Below are positions 31,407-41,366 of a stretch of DNA of 64,000 nt, piece after piece. The DNA is from Anaerolineae bacterium (GTDB lineage: Bacteria > Chloroflexota > Anaerolineae > B4-G1 > SLSP01): contig DAOTTS010000102.1 in the NCBI GenBank assembly GCA_034437735.1, positions 16,333-80,332 of the forward strand, given 5' to 3'. Numbering within the stretch: the first letter of the stretch is position 1; each line of letters begins with the position of its first letter. The position numbers and the translations under genes are program-made. The notes beneath the pieces are model-generated. The model ran no database searches, was not told the DNA's origin, and saw only the letters and a program-made list of their open reading frames with translations.

Positions 31407-34400
31407 TTATAGCTCCTTGAGTGCATCGTTTTCGTGAATCAACGCTTCAATATCAGCCGCTAATTGATCCGGCGCGTAAGGCTTGGTCACAACACGCACG
31501 ACATCCAAAGCCTCAAGATCCTCTCTCGCCACATTGGTCATATTGGCCCCGGTGACCAAGACGGGGATATCCGTTATGGAGGCGCTACGCTTCAATGACT
31601 TCAGCATCTGATAACTGTTACCCTCTGCACTGAGCGTCATATCATAAACCAGCATCGCGGGCCGGAACTTTTGCACCAGCGGTAACACACGCTCGGGATG
31701 GGTCGTCGTGCGCACCCCAAACCCCTTGGACTGCAAGACCGTGCGTATCTGATTGAGCACGTCCTTATCGCGATCGACAACGACAATGCCCTCGGACGTA
31801 TCCAGCGACTGCTTGATCACAGCGAGAAGCTTTTCTGCATCCAACGGCTTATTAAGATAAGCGACCGCACCCAGATCCAATCCATGCGCACGGTCCAAGA
31901 CGACGGAGACAATGGCGACCGGGATATCGGCCGTCTCCGGCTCGCGTTTGAGAAGCTGCATCACTTCGAATCCATCCAAATCCGGGAGCCGGATATCTAA
32001 CGAGATAAAGTCCGGCAAACTTTCGCGGGCCATCCGAATCGCTTCATCCCCGGATCGAGCAAGGACGACCTCATATCCCTCAGATTCCAGCGTCACCCGC
32101 AAGAACTCACCGACCTCGGCATCATCCTCGACGACAAGGATAAGCGGTGCGGAGTCCTCCACGAGCAGGGGGGGAGGCATCCCCACTTCCTGAGTTGGGG
32201 CACCCTCAGCCAATGGGACTGAGAAGGTAAAGATACTCCCCGTTCCCAATACACTTTCCAGCCAAATCTCCCCCCCGTGCATCTGAATAAGTGACAGGGT
32301 AATCGCCAGACCCAAACCGGTACCCGACACCTCGTAAACGGCCGGATCATCCTCAACCCGGTAGAACCGATCAAAGATCTTCTGCTGATTCTCCGGCGCG
32401 ATCCCAATCCCCGTATCTTTGACGGCCACGTGCATCATCTCGTCACGGACATAGACGTACAAAGCAATCGTCCCGTCGATCGGCGTATACTTATAGGCAT
32501 TACTCACAATATTGGTGATGATCTGATTCAGGCGAGCCGGGTCAGCGTGTACTTCCGGCAGATTATCAGGCGCCACAATCTCAACAGCCTGGCCTTTATC
32601 CGCGATCTTCGGCATCATCAAATCCACAACCTGCTGGACGATGTCCATAAGGACAACCGGTTCTTGCTGCAGCTCAATACGACCCTGCTCAATGCGCGAG
32701 ATATCGAGAAGATCATTCACCAATATCGTCAAACGATCGGCGTTATTCTTCACCTTCTTCAGGAAGCTCAACTGCATTTCAGATATCTCACCGACCGCAC
32801 CGTTGACCAGCAGATCGACGTAGCCCACAATCGAGGTCATAGGCGTGCGCAGCTCGTGCGATACGGTCGACACAAATTCACTCTTCACACGGTCGGCCTC
32901 GATCTCCGATGTGATATCGCGGAAGACCGAAACGACCCCTAAGAATTCGCCGCCCTGAGAGACCACGGGAGAGACGTGAACACCCACGTAGCGACGCCCC
33001 ACCTCCAGTCGATGGGAGATAAAAGCATCAGCATCCTCATCCCCAGGGTTCTCTTTCCACGTTTCGATCTGCGACGACCACTCGCGGGTCTCATTCCCAT
33101 ACAGACTCAGGATCTCCTCCTGATGACGATCCAAGGCTTGATTGCGGTCAATCGAAAGAATCCGTTCTGCGGCCGCATTGAACATGATGACCCGACCATC
33201 CGTATCGGACACCATCACGCCGTCCGCAATACCCTCCAGGATCGCCTGGTTCTTCGCGGCATCAATGCGCTGCGACCGCAGCATCTCACCCAAGCGCTCC
33301 GCCTGTTCGCGGATCATCCGATAGAGGTCGGCGTTATTGAGCGCGTTGCCCAACTGAATCGCAGCGGCCTCAACCAACTGCATGTGCATCTCGTCGAAGA
33401 CGGAGGACGCTTCAGACTGCAACAGGATGACGCCCATCCCCTCACCCGCATTGCCCAGGATCGGCACGACCATCGTCGCGTGCATCCGACCTAAGGCATC
33501 CACCCGACAACGATCATCCGTCTGAGCATCCGGGAGGATAATCGCTTCCTTATGCTCCAGCACCCACCCTACCAGACTATCCCGTCGGTTAAAGGGCGTC
33601 GGCTCACCGCCGGGTGAGATCGGCTCTGAGTGACCAATGACCGCCCGATAGACAAGTTGCCCCGTATCATTGTCGAGCAAAATCACCGAACCTCGGTCAG
33701 CACGCACGGCTTGCTGCAATAACATCAACGCCTGACTGAGCACCCGATCCATATCCAAACTGGCCACCAATTCAGAGGCAATTCGGTAGAGCACCTCAGA
33801 GCGGTCGCGCTGCAAGCGCAGATGCTCCAGGGCCTCACCCAACTCCTGGGTGCGTTCGGCCACCCGGGCCTCCAGCTCTTCACTGAACCGCTTCACCTCA
33901 TCAAAGAGCCGCGCATTGTCCACAGCCACCGACACTTGATCCGCCAAAGCGGTGAGCGTGGCGACCTCCGCCGGGGTAAAATCCCCCTGGGCTCGGCGGT
34001 CGGCGGTCAAAATACCCACCGGACGCCTCTCAACGACCAAAGGCACCAGAATCGAAGAGCCGATCGGGACCCGACCCTCAATAAAACTCCCCTCTTCCCT
34101 GACGTCTTCAATGACCACCGGCATACCGGTATTGGCAACCTGTTGGATAGCGCCGCTATCCCTGCTGAGGTCCAAATCCTCCAATAAGTTCAGGGCATAT
34201 CCTGATGAAGCCAGCGGCACAAAATGATCCACCTCATCCTCACTGAGGAAAATCGTTGAATAGTCATATTCAAGGAGGTTAGTCACCGACTGGACAACCG
34301 TATTCAGCACCAGCGAGAGATCTAACTTCGTCGTGATCGAACGGTTGAGCTCGTTAAAGAGGCTGAGTGTGTTCACCTGCCGGCGCAGGTCCTCAACCAG

Positions 34401-36464
34401 GCGGTTATTCTCGATGGCCAACGCGACCTGAGAGGCAAAGAGCTCAACAATTTCTGCCACGCCAGCATCAGGGGCCAGGCCATCCCTCGGTCGATCGACG
34501 GACATCAACCCGAGTACCTGTCCCGTATTTCCGCGCAGGGGCACAAAGAAGAGATCCTCAGGATGCCACAGCTCCTCACCGATCGCCTCAGGGGACGCCC
34601 CAGAGGGAAAGACGTCCAATCCCTCACGGACATCCTTATGCTCTGCCGGAATATAATAGCACCGGCCAATCTGAAATTGTTCCTGACAGAGCTTTTCCAC
34701 ACGGGTCCAAGGGATCCGCACGTCCTTGCGTTCCTCGAATTCCTTCAAGGGAATACCGGCTACAGCGACGCGCTGTAACGCATCACCAGCCAACACACTG
34801 ATGAGGACAACCTCGAACCCGGAGCCCTCCTGGATGACATAAGCCGCGTCCAGCAGGATATCGCTCAGGGGGCGATCGGAGCGCATAATGCGCCCCATCT
34901 CCAAAAGCCTGGACATCTGCTCGATCCGCCGCCGCATCTGCTCGCCGCGATGCAACTGATCCTGATATCGCTGGGCGTTCCCCAACGCGATGGCGATATG
35001 CAGCGCCAGCCCCTCCAGGAGCGACTGCAGGGCAGGCGCAAACGTCTTTTCCCGAGGTGACTGCAGCAAAATCGCAGCCGACAAACGCTGCTCAAAAAAT
35101 ACCGGCGTGATCAGAAGACTACCCGATCCGGGCAGCGTCGTTTCAAACCGCTCACGATCCGCCATCGATCGAAGATCAATCATCTCTCGGGCAGCAAGCT
35201 CAGCCACCACATCCGTATTGGAAGTCCACGATTCAATCACCCTTCGCACCGACGCCAACGCCTCGTCACCATAGCCTTGATGAACTCGAACCCGGTTCCC
35301 CTCCTCGAAAAAGGTGAGGATACTGCCGGCCTCGGCGTCCCCAAACTGAACTGCTTCGCTTAACGCAAGGTCAAGGATCTGATCCAAAGCCACCGTCGAC
35401 GCAATCTCACGGGTCACCCGCTGAATCGACTCCATCGCATCCAACCGGCGACGAAGCTCGACATCGGCCTCGGTATAGCGCTGAGCGTTCTCAACCGCAA
35501 CGGCGACCTGATCGCCAAATAGCTGGGCCAAGTCTCGATCACGCTCACCGAACCGTCCCACTTGATCCGAGGCGATCTCCAACGTACCGATCAACTGATC
35601 CCGGACCTCTAAGGGTACGCCCAGATACGAGTGCGCCCAATGCCGCAGGGCATCACTCTTGGGTGCAACGCGCTCATACCCCGAGATATCATTAACCAAA
35701 AGCGGTGCGCGATTTTGAGCCAACCAGCCGGAGAGGCCTTCCTCCCGGTTATAGGTCGCTTCGAGACTCTCGCCCGCCTTATCTGCGGTTTCGGTCGAGC
35801 GGTAGGCACGACGGACCAAAAGGTCAAGATCCGAATCATAGAGCGTGATCTCCCCAGCATCATAGGGAATCAGCACGTAGACGGCATCCAGGACCTTTTG
35901 CAGGACTGTCTGAAGTTCGAGGGTCTCCCCAACGAGACGGGCCATCTGCTGCACCGTCCGCAGTTCATCAACCTGACGCGCCCGAATGGCATTCGCCCGT
36001 CGATATCGTGCAATGCCGGCGGCAGCAACCCGCCCGATCTCACAGAGCGCCATTCCTAAAGCTTGAGAGTCCGCATCAAACGCAGCATCGGCCCGCCCCA
36101 ACACCAGCCACCCGTTCTGTGCATACTCAGAGACAGGAAAAGCCAGAATCTCTCCCCACACCCCATCGGGGGAGGAAAGACTCAACGGTTGAAACTCGTC
36201 ACCCTGTGTCAAGCGGTCGACCGCCCACTGAGGCACGCCGGCTTCAGCGTTGGCAGGCAGCGAAGCCAGGACCTCTCCCGTATCCGCGGATACCCACGCC
36301 CCGACCTCCGCGCCCAACAAGCTGAACGCAGACGATAACGTCAGGGACCAGACTTCGTCCTCGTCCGACGCATCACTCAACCGCTGACCGACCTGGGTCA
36401 GGGCATCAAGGTCAGGCACATAGACGCCTTCTTCTAGCATTGTCTGATCATCCAACGCATTCAT
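31407..36464 (-). CDS. 1685-aa cytoplasmic hybrid histidine kinase: about 5-6 GAF, PAS, HisKA, HATPase, REC, REC-like
   Basis: Repeated GAF tails (S.L.VPL...IG.L...F...L..LA.Q.A.A.ENA); SHELRTP; NIVSNAYKY, DTGIGI, GTGLGL; two receiver-like C-terminal domains; no TM segment seen. Confidence 0.92.
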   Translation of the reverse strand: MNALDDQTMLEEGVYVPDLDALTQVGQRLSDASDEDEVWSLTLSSAFSLLGAEVGAWVSADTGEVLASLPANAEAGVPQWAVDRLTQGDEFQPLSLSSPDGVWGEILAFPVSEYAQNGWLVLGRADAAFDADSQALGMALCEIGRVAAAGIARYRRANAIRARQVDELRTVQQMARLVGETLELQTVLQKVLDAVYVLIPYDAGEITLYDSDLDLLVRRAYRSTETADKAGESLEATYNREEGLSGWLAQNRAPLLVNDISGYERVAPKSDALRHWAHSYLGVPLEVRDQLIGTLEIASDQVGRFGERDRDLAQLFGDQVAVAVENAQRYTEADVELRRRLDAMESIQRVTREIASTVALDQILDLALSEAVQFGDAEAGSILTFFEEGNRVRVHQGYGDEALASVRRVIESWTSNTDVVAELAAREMIDLRSMADRERFETTLPGSGSLLITPVFFEQRLSAAILLQSPREKTFAPALQSLLEGLALHIAIALGNAQRYQDQLHRGEQMRRRIEQMSRLLEMGRIMRSDRPLSDILLDAAYVIQEGSGFEVVLISVLAGDALQRVAVAGIPLKEFEERKDVRIPWTRVEKLCQEQFQIGRCYYIPAEHKDVREGLDVFPSGASPEAIGEELWHPEDLFFVPLRGNTGQVLGLMSVDRPRDGLAPDAGVAEIVELFASQVALAIENNRLVEDLRRQVNTLSLFNELNRSITTKLDLSLVLNTVVQSVTNLLEYDYSTIFLSEDEVDHFVPLASSGYALNLLEDLDLSRDSGAIQQVANTGMPVVIEDVREEGSFIEGRVPIGSSILVPLVVERRPVGILTADRRAQGDFTPAEVATLTALADQVSVAVDNARLFDEVKRFSEELEARVAERTQELGEALEHLRLQRDRSEVLYRIASELVASLDMDRVLSQALMLLQQAVRADRGSVILLDNDTGQLVYRAVIGHSEPISPGGEPTPFNRRDSLVGWVLEHKEAIILPDAQTDDRCRVDALGRMHATMVVPILGNAGEGMGVILLQSEASSVFDEMHMQLVEAAAIQLGNALNNADLYRMIREQAERLGEMLRSQRIDAAKNQAILEGIADGVMVSDTDGRVIMFNAAAERILSIDRNQALDRHQEEILSLYGNETREWSSQIETWKENPGDEDADAFISHRLEVGRRYVGVHVSPVVSQGGEFLGVVSVFRDITSEIEADRVKSEFVSTVSHELRTPMTSIVGYVDLLVNGAVGEISEMQLSFLKKVKNNADRLTILVNDLLDISRIEQGRIELQQEPVVLMDIVQQVVDLMMPKIADKGQAVEIVAPDNLPEVHADPARLNQIITNIVSNAYKYTPIDGTIALYVYVRDEMMHVAVKDTGIGIAPENQQKIFDRFYRVEDDPAVYEVSGTGLGLAITLSLIQMHGGEIWLESVLGTGSIFTFSVPLAEGAPTQEVGMPPPLLVEDSAPLILVVEDDAEVGEFLRVTLESEGYEVVLARSGDEAIRMARESLPDFISLDIRLPDLDGFEVMQLLKREPETADIPVAIVSVVLDRAHGLDLGAVAYLNKPLDAEKLLAVIKQSLDTSEGIVVVDRDKDVLNQIRTVLQSKGFGVRTTTHPERVLPLVQKFRPAMLVYDMTLSAEGNSYQMLKSLKRSASITDIPVLVTGANMTNVAREDLEALDVVRVVTKPYAPDQLAADIEALIHENDALKEL

Positions 36465-36498
36465 AAACTCTCAAGAGGTTGTAAATCCATTCCTCACG

Positions 36499-37392
36499 TC
36501 AATCGGCAGCATCCCGGCGCCGGGCTTCCGCAGCATCCTCCGTGATCTCCCGAATGTCCGTGAAAGGGCCATCTTCAGCCGTCAAAATCCCAACCATCAA
36601 ACTCATCAACGGAACCTGAATTTCGTTGCCCTGATCATCCTTCGTCACGACGTAGCCCTGCATCCGCGATTTGAAATCATAATGCGTGCCAACATTCGCG
36701 TTAAATCGCTCAACAATTTTCTCTTTCAGCTCTCCAACCAAGGCTTGACGGGTGATCACGATGAAATCGTCACCGCTAATGTGGCCCACAAAATCCTCAG
36801 GGGTTCCGTGCTCGTCGATGATCTGATTGAGCAACATGCCGGTGAAACGCAGCACCTCTTCACCGGCCACAAAACCGTACACCTCGTTAAAGACATCCAA
36901 TCCTTTGATACCAATATAGAGAATGCCCCAGTCGGCCCGGCCCATGAGCTCGCGGAGCTGCTGCTCAATCAAACGACCGCTGGCGAGCCCGGTACTGGGG
37001 CTCGTCAACGCAGCGACCTCGGCACTTTTGATCGTATTGCGCACGCGCAGGCGGAGCTCTTCCACGTCAAAGGGTTTGACGATGTAATCATCGGCCCCAA
37101 GCTCCAAGCCATGGATCTTATCACTGCGCTCATCCTTCTGGGTCAGGAAGATGATCGGGATATGACTGGTACGCAGATTCGTCCGCAATCGACGGCAGAC
37201 CTCATACCCATCGATGTCCGGAAGCATAATATCCAGAACGATGACGTTGGGCATCTTCTGACGGGTCAAGTCAAGGGCTTCCTGCCCACGGGAGGCAACA
37301 TACACTTCGTATCCCTGAGACTTGAAGTAAACGTCAAGCATATTGGAGATATCAAAATCATCTTCAACTACGAGGATGCGGCCTTCACTCAT
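36499..37392 (-). CDS. Response regulator with a degenerate GGDEF output domain
   Basis: REC intact (VEDD, LDIMLP, KPF); GGDEF site reads SGDDF and the metal-binding DID/DxFK stretch reads GIKGLD. Confidence 0.85.
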   Translation of the reverse strand: MSEGRILVVEDDFDISNMLDVYFKSQGYEVYVASRGQEALDLTRQKMPNVIVLDIMLPDIDGYEVCRRLRTNLRTSHIPIIFLTQKDERSDKIHGLELGADDYIVKPFDVEELRLRVRNTIKSAEVAALTSPSTGLASGRLIEQQLRELMGRADWGILYIGIKGLDVFNEVYGFVAGEEVLRFTGMLLNQIIDEHGTPEDFVGHISGDDFIVITRQALVGELKEKIVERFNANVGTHYDFKSRMQGYVVTKDDQGNEIQVPLMSLMVGILTAEDGPFTDIREITEDAAEARRRDAAD

Positions 37393-38482
37393 CCCTACCT
37401 CCCCCATAAACGCGTGCTCGCACTTGTTGAATCACAGCATCATCCAGCCGGTGTTCAAAACTCCGCAGCGCAGCCAATTCAAAGCCGTGCTCCGTCGCCC
37501 GCTCATCAATCCATTGTACCTGATCCAGCGATACCTGCTTCCCGATAGAAAAGTCCTCAGAGACGTGCTCAAATGCTAACGTCATCGTCTCTGCCAAACA
37601 CCCATAGGTCAAGTCTGGCGGCAGTCCATAATCGAATCCAAAATCCACCTCACCCGGAACCCGAACCAACCCACCATCGATGACCAACACGTCCTCCCGC
37701 GCGCGCCCCACCTCAAGCGAAACGTCCCTGGGCCGGGAGACATCACACACAATCGAACCGGGACGCAACATCTCAGGGCTGACCAAATCGCCTCCCGAGC
37801 TGGTAACCGTGACCACCACCTCAGCCTGTCGAATATCCCCCACGTCCGTGGAGGTCTCCAGATCATCCGTGGACGGGCCTCCGTCCGCACTCACCCGAAC
37901 CCTGGTACGCTCCAACCGGGCCTCGTCCCTGGCGATCAATAGCATACGCCCGACATACGGCACAAGCAGCTTAGTAACTGCCAATCCGATAGCGCCTGAA
38001 GCCCCGACGACAGCAACGGTAGCCTCCGCCAGACGGATATTCATCTTGCAGGCAGCATCGCGCACTGCCTGAACCGAAACGGCTGCCGTATAGCTGTCAC
38101 CGGTGGTCACCGGAATATTCAGGGCCTTGGCAATCGTCCGCCCACCGTCCCCGACGACCGAGGTGTAGGCACCCAATCCCATCATGTGCGCGCCCAGCTC
38201 CTCAGCCAGATGGCCCGCCGCGATAATCTTCCGATAGACCTCCTGGGTCGGCAAGCTCAGCATACGCCTCGGCGTATAAGGGACAGCAATCAACCAGCCC
38301 TCAATCGACTCTCCGGTCAGGGCCGAACGCGCACCCTCCACGTGTGAGAGCTCAAGCGGCGGCCAAAAACGCGAGAAAAAATCAATAGCTTTTTCTGGCA
38401 AAAATCGACCCAGCAATGGATATTTACGTGCTACGTCACGCTTCGTGTCGATCGGGTGAATGATAAACGCAAATGAACTCAC
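37385..38482 (-). CDS. Fatty acyl-ACP reductase-like NAD(P)-dependent oxidoreductase
   Basis: FAFIIHP, LGAYTSVVG, TTGDSYTA, VAVVGASGAIG, DVSRPRDV, and GCLAETM at the position of the cyanobacterial AAR catalytic Cys. Confidence 0.75.
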   Translation of the reverse strand: MSSFAFIIHPIDTKRDVARKYPLLGRFLPEKAIDFFSRFWPPLELSHVEGARSALTGESIEGWLIAVPYTPRRMLSLPTQEVYRKIIAAGHLAEELGAHMMGLGAYTSVVGDGGRTIAKALNIPVTTGDSYTAAVSVQAVRDAACKMNIRLAEATVAVVGASGAIGLAVTKLLVPYVGRMLLIARDEARLERTRVRVSADGGPSTDDLETSTDVGDIRQAEVVVTVTSSGGDLVSPEMLRPGSIVCDVSRPRDVSLEVGRAREDVLVIDGGLVRVPGEVDFGFDYGLPPDLTYGCLAETMTLAFEHVSEDFSIGKQVSLDQVQWIDERATEHGFELAALRSFEHRLDDAVIQQVRARVYGGGRDE

Positions 38483-38548
38483 GTGCTACTTTATTGTATC
38501 CTCTCTACCAAACTCTGCCACCCTAACCACAGACTACGCGCCACCATT

Positions 38549-39808
38549 TCAGTCACGAGGGTATCGACGGGGATGAATGCTCTCCCCGTTTTCGAGCTTC
38601 AGGTGATCGCTATCCTCCCACTGCACATTTTTGCGGATAACGCGGCGATCCTTGGAGGCAAACAACACCACATCCGAGTCGATCATACGGGCGGGGAAGA
38701 CAATCATCCCCGAACCAATACGGACGTTATGCCCCACCGCACTTCCCAGCGCCGTCATCCCCGTATCCTCCAGCCCGCCCCGGAAATGGGAGCGGATCGG
38801 TTTGTCCACCAGGTTGAAGTCCGTAAAGGTATTGCCGGCTCCAATAAAGGAGCCCCGTCCCACAACGCACATTTGGAGACACGAATTCTGAGCCACCATA
38901 CAGTCTTCCATCAAGACCGTACGGTAGAGCGCAGCCCCAAACGGCAGGAACGACCCATCCCCGACGACGCTGAGCATCAGCTGACAGCCCTGGTCAATGG
39001 TCACGTTATCCCCAATATAGCAATTCCCGATCACCGTGCCAGGGCCGATGCTCACATTGTTACCGATGAAAGCCGGGCCCTGAATCGTGGCCGTCGGATC
39101 GATACTGCAATTGCGCCCCACCTCAACCAGCGCGGAGGTCTGCAGGATCTGCTTGCGCTCCAGCATGCCACGCCACAAGAGTTTAAGGTTCAGCAGGAAA
39201 TCCTCCTCAGCCTCCTGCTCGAAGCGCGCCCCAATGGCAAAGATGCCGAAGTCAATGTTGGCGTGCAAAATCTGCAGCCAGTGCTCAATGGAGAGAAACG
39301 GCTTGGTGGGCAAATCGTACACCAGATCCCCATATTGATTTGACATATGGGTGGGGATATGATAAAAACCTACTTCACGCGCCTCGGTATCCATCACCAA
39401 CGGACGGACCACCGGATCGATACCATAGGGATAGTACCACAAATCGGCCACGTAATAAGGCCCATCCCGCCGGATGCCGCGCTGTAGATACCGTGCCTGT
39501 CCCCTGATCGCCGGATCGTCCCGCTCAAACGCGACCCGGCACGCCTTGCCAGAGGCCCTGGCGCGGTCAAGAAAGTCCTCAATGAAACGGGCATCGAAGT
39601 AGAGGTTATCCCGGTACACCAGCATCTCCTCACGATCCGCCGAGATCTGGGAGAGAGAATCGACCTCATACTCTTCGGTGGTGTAAGGCGCCAGGATATC
39701 CCGCTGGTGGAGCCACAACGGCTTCGTCAGCACGCTAAGGGCTCGCGCCGGCTCATTGAAGGGCGGAATTTTCCGCCGGTCTCTCAGGATAACCTTACGC
39801 ATACCCAC
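38549..39808 (-). CDS. Uncharacterised protein with a nucleotidyltransferase-like N-terminus and a left-handed beta-helix (hexapeptide repeats)
   Basis: C-terminal VGRNCSIDPTATIQGPAFIGNNVSIGPGTVIGNCYIGDNVTI...VGHNVRIG repeats; the GlmU-type GxGTR motif is not visible. Confidence 0.7.
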   Translation of the reverse strand: MGMRKVILRDRRKIPPFNEPARALSVLTKPLWLHQRDILAPYTTEEYEVDSLSQISADREEMLVYRDNLYFDARFIEDFLDRARASGKACRVAFERDDPAIRGQARYLQRGIRRDGPYYVADLWYYPYGIDPVVRPLVMDTEAREVGFYHIPTHMSNQYGDLVYDLPTKPFLSIEHWLQILHANIDFGIFAIGARFEQEAEEDFLLNLKLLWRGMLERKQILQTSALVEVGRNCSIDPTATIQGPAFIGNNVSIGPGTVIGNCYIGDNVTIDQGCQLMLSVVGDGSFLPFGAALYRTVLMEDCMVAQNSCLQMCVVGRGSFIGAGNTFTDFNLVDKPIRSHFRGGLEDTGMTALGSAVGHNVRIGSGMIVFPARMIDSDVVLFASKDRRVIRKNVQWEDSDHLKLENGESIHPRRYPRD

Positions 39809-39819
39809 TCCAGACTAAA

Positions 39820-40458
39820 TCAATCAAGAGGCACCTTGCCCACGGACATCGTGCAGGCCGCATCTCCGCACGCGATACAGGACGTCTCCTCAACCTGAAG
39901 GCGCGTCCCCTGACTGAACCAAAACAATACCTCATCCAATAAACCTACGATAAAGCTACAAGCCGGCGTCGTCGTTTGAGGACGCCAACAGAAGCCACAA
40001 CGATCCAGCACAAAGAAGAAATTCTCCTCATCCGAGTCCAACGTCACGTGCTGCCCACTATAGCGATTGAAGATTTCGGCCATAACCTCCAGCCCGAGGC
40101 GCACGCGAAACCCCATCGGCAGGAGCCGCAGCGCGAAATCCGCAAATCCAATACTCCGCTCAAATCCCGCGATCCAATACTGAAAGCTCGCCTGCCCGGC
40201 CTGACGCATCAGACGCCGCCCCTCGCGGATCCCGTGGATCGATTCAACCGCCTCAGAGAGACGACCCACTTCCTCAAATGACAAGCCAGCCTCAAAGTCA
40301 GCGGGGGGTAAGACCTCGGCCAAGTCCGTCAAACGGGCCGTTGCCAGCACCGCATCCCATGCATTCTCATCCACGACATCCCGAATCGCAAGCAGAATAA
40401 TGCGGGAAATGCGGTTGGGAAACCCGTCGTATCTGCCTTCGCTCCGATCCTCAGTCAC
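39820..40458 (-). CDS. V4R (4-vinyl reductase) domain protein
   Basis: C-terminal RCGFCW...PACSFIVGLLDE...VEETSCIACGDAACTM V4R Cys pattern; N-terminal HNOB-like segment. Confidence 0.85.
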   Translation of the reverse strand: MTEDRSEGRYDGFPNRISRIILLAIRDVVDENAWDAVLATARLTDLAEVLPPADFEAGLSFEEVGRLSEAVESIHGIREGRRLMRQAGQASFQYWIAGFERSIGFADFALRLLPMGFRVRLGLEVMAEIFNRYSGQHVTLDSDEENFFFVLDRCGFCWRPQTTTPACSFIVGLLDEVLFWFSQGTRLQVEETSCIACGDAACTMSVGKVPLD

Positions 40459-41243
40459 ACGTCTGTCAGAAAATCACGAATCGTCTGGTGAAAATGATCG
40501 GTCTCATCGAGCATCGGGAAATGACCGGAGTCGGCGAAGTAGTGGACCGTATGCTCAGACACGCCTTGCCGGAGGATCTCACCTTGTTTGGGATCCACAA
40601 TATTGTCCTTACGTCCATAAATACCCATCGCAGGAATCTGGAAATCAGGCAATTCAGGGCGCAAATCGGTCTCACGGAGATCTCGAATACTCCGCGAAAA
40701 AGACTCCATCGTCGTACGTGAGAGGTCCTTCCTCAACATGTCATACAAGGTACGCCAATCTTGCGCATACGTAATCGAGAGGAGCCGGATGAGCGTGGGC
40801 AAGAGTCCGGGAACTGCATAGAGCAACTGAGCGACCGTCTGATAACCAGACACTTTCAGGAGCAGGCTCAACCCAGCCCCCGTAATCGGGGAACCCACGA
40901 CGGCCACCTTCGATACCCGTTGAGGGTGTTGCACCGTCAAGGCTAATGACACCGTGCCGCCCATGGAGTGGCCCATCACTCGGGCCGAACGGAGCCCCAT
41001 CCGATCCATAAACTGCTCCACCATCTCAACGTATTCGTCGACGGAAAAGACGCCCTGCTTCGCGGACTCTCCAAACCCCCAGAAATCAAGGGCATACGTC
41101 TTGTAGCCATAGTCGGCAAGATACTCCATCGTGGAGAACCAATAGCTCCACGACCCCAGCCAACAGTGTAAGAGTACGACCGGTTTACCCCGGCCAAACG
41201 TCTCGTAGTGTACAATCCCTTGATTGGTGACAATCGAACTCAT
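40455..41243 (-). CDS. Alpha/beta hydrolase with intact triad motifs; paralogue of 30198-30989
   Basis: LHCWLGSWSYW, YALDFWGFGES, GHSMGG (nucleophile), GRKDNIV (acid), SGHFPMLDE (His). Confidence 0.9.
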   Translation of the reverse strand: MSSIVTNQGIVHYETFGRGKPVVLLHCWLGSWSYWFSTMEYLADYGYKTYALDFWGFGESAKQGVFSVDEYVEMVEQFMDRMGLRSARVMGHSMGGTVSLALTVQHPQRVSKVAVVGSPITGAGLSLLLKVSGYQTVAQLLYAVPGLLPTLIRLLSITYAQDWRTLYDMLRKDLSRTTMESFSRSIRDLRETDLRPELPDFQIPAMGIYGRKDNIVDPKQGEILRQGVSEHTVHYFADSGHFPMLDETDHFHQTIRDFLTDV

Positions 41244-41366
41244 ACGTTACCCGCATATCTTGTCAACCACACTAACACAAAGCCATACCTAGATTCCCTG
41301 TATTCATCCTACCACAAGACGAACGTACATGACGAAAAGAAGCATATCATTTCAGTTAAAAAGCGG

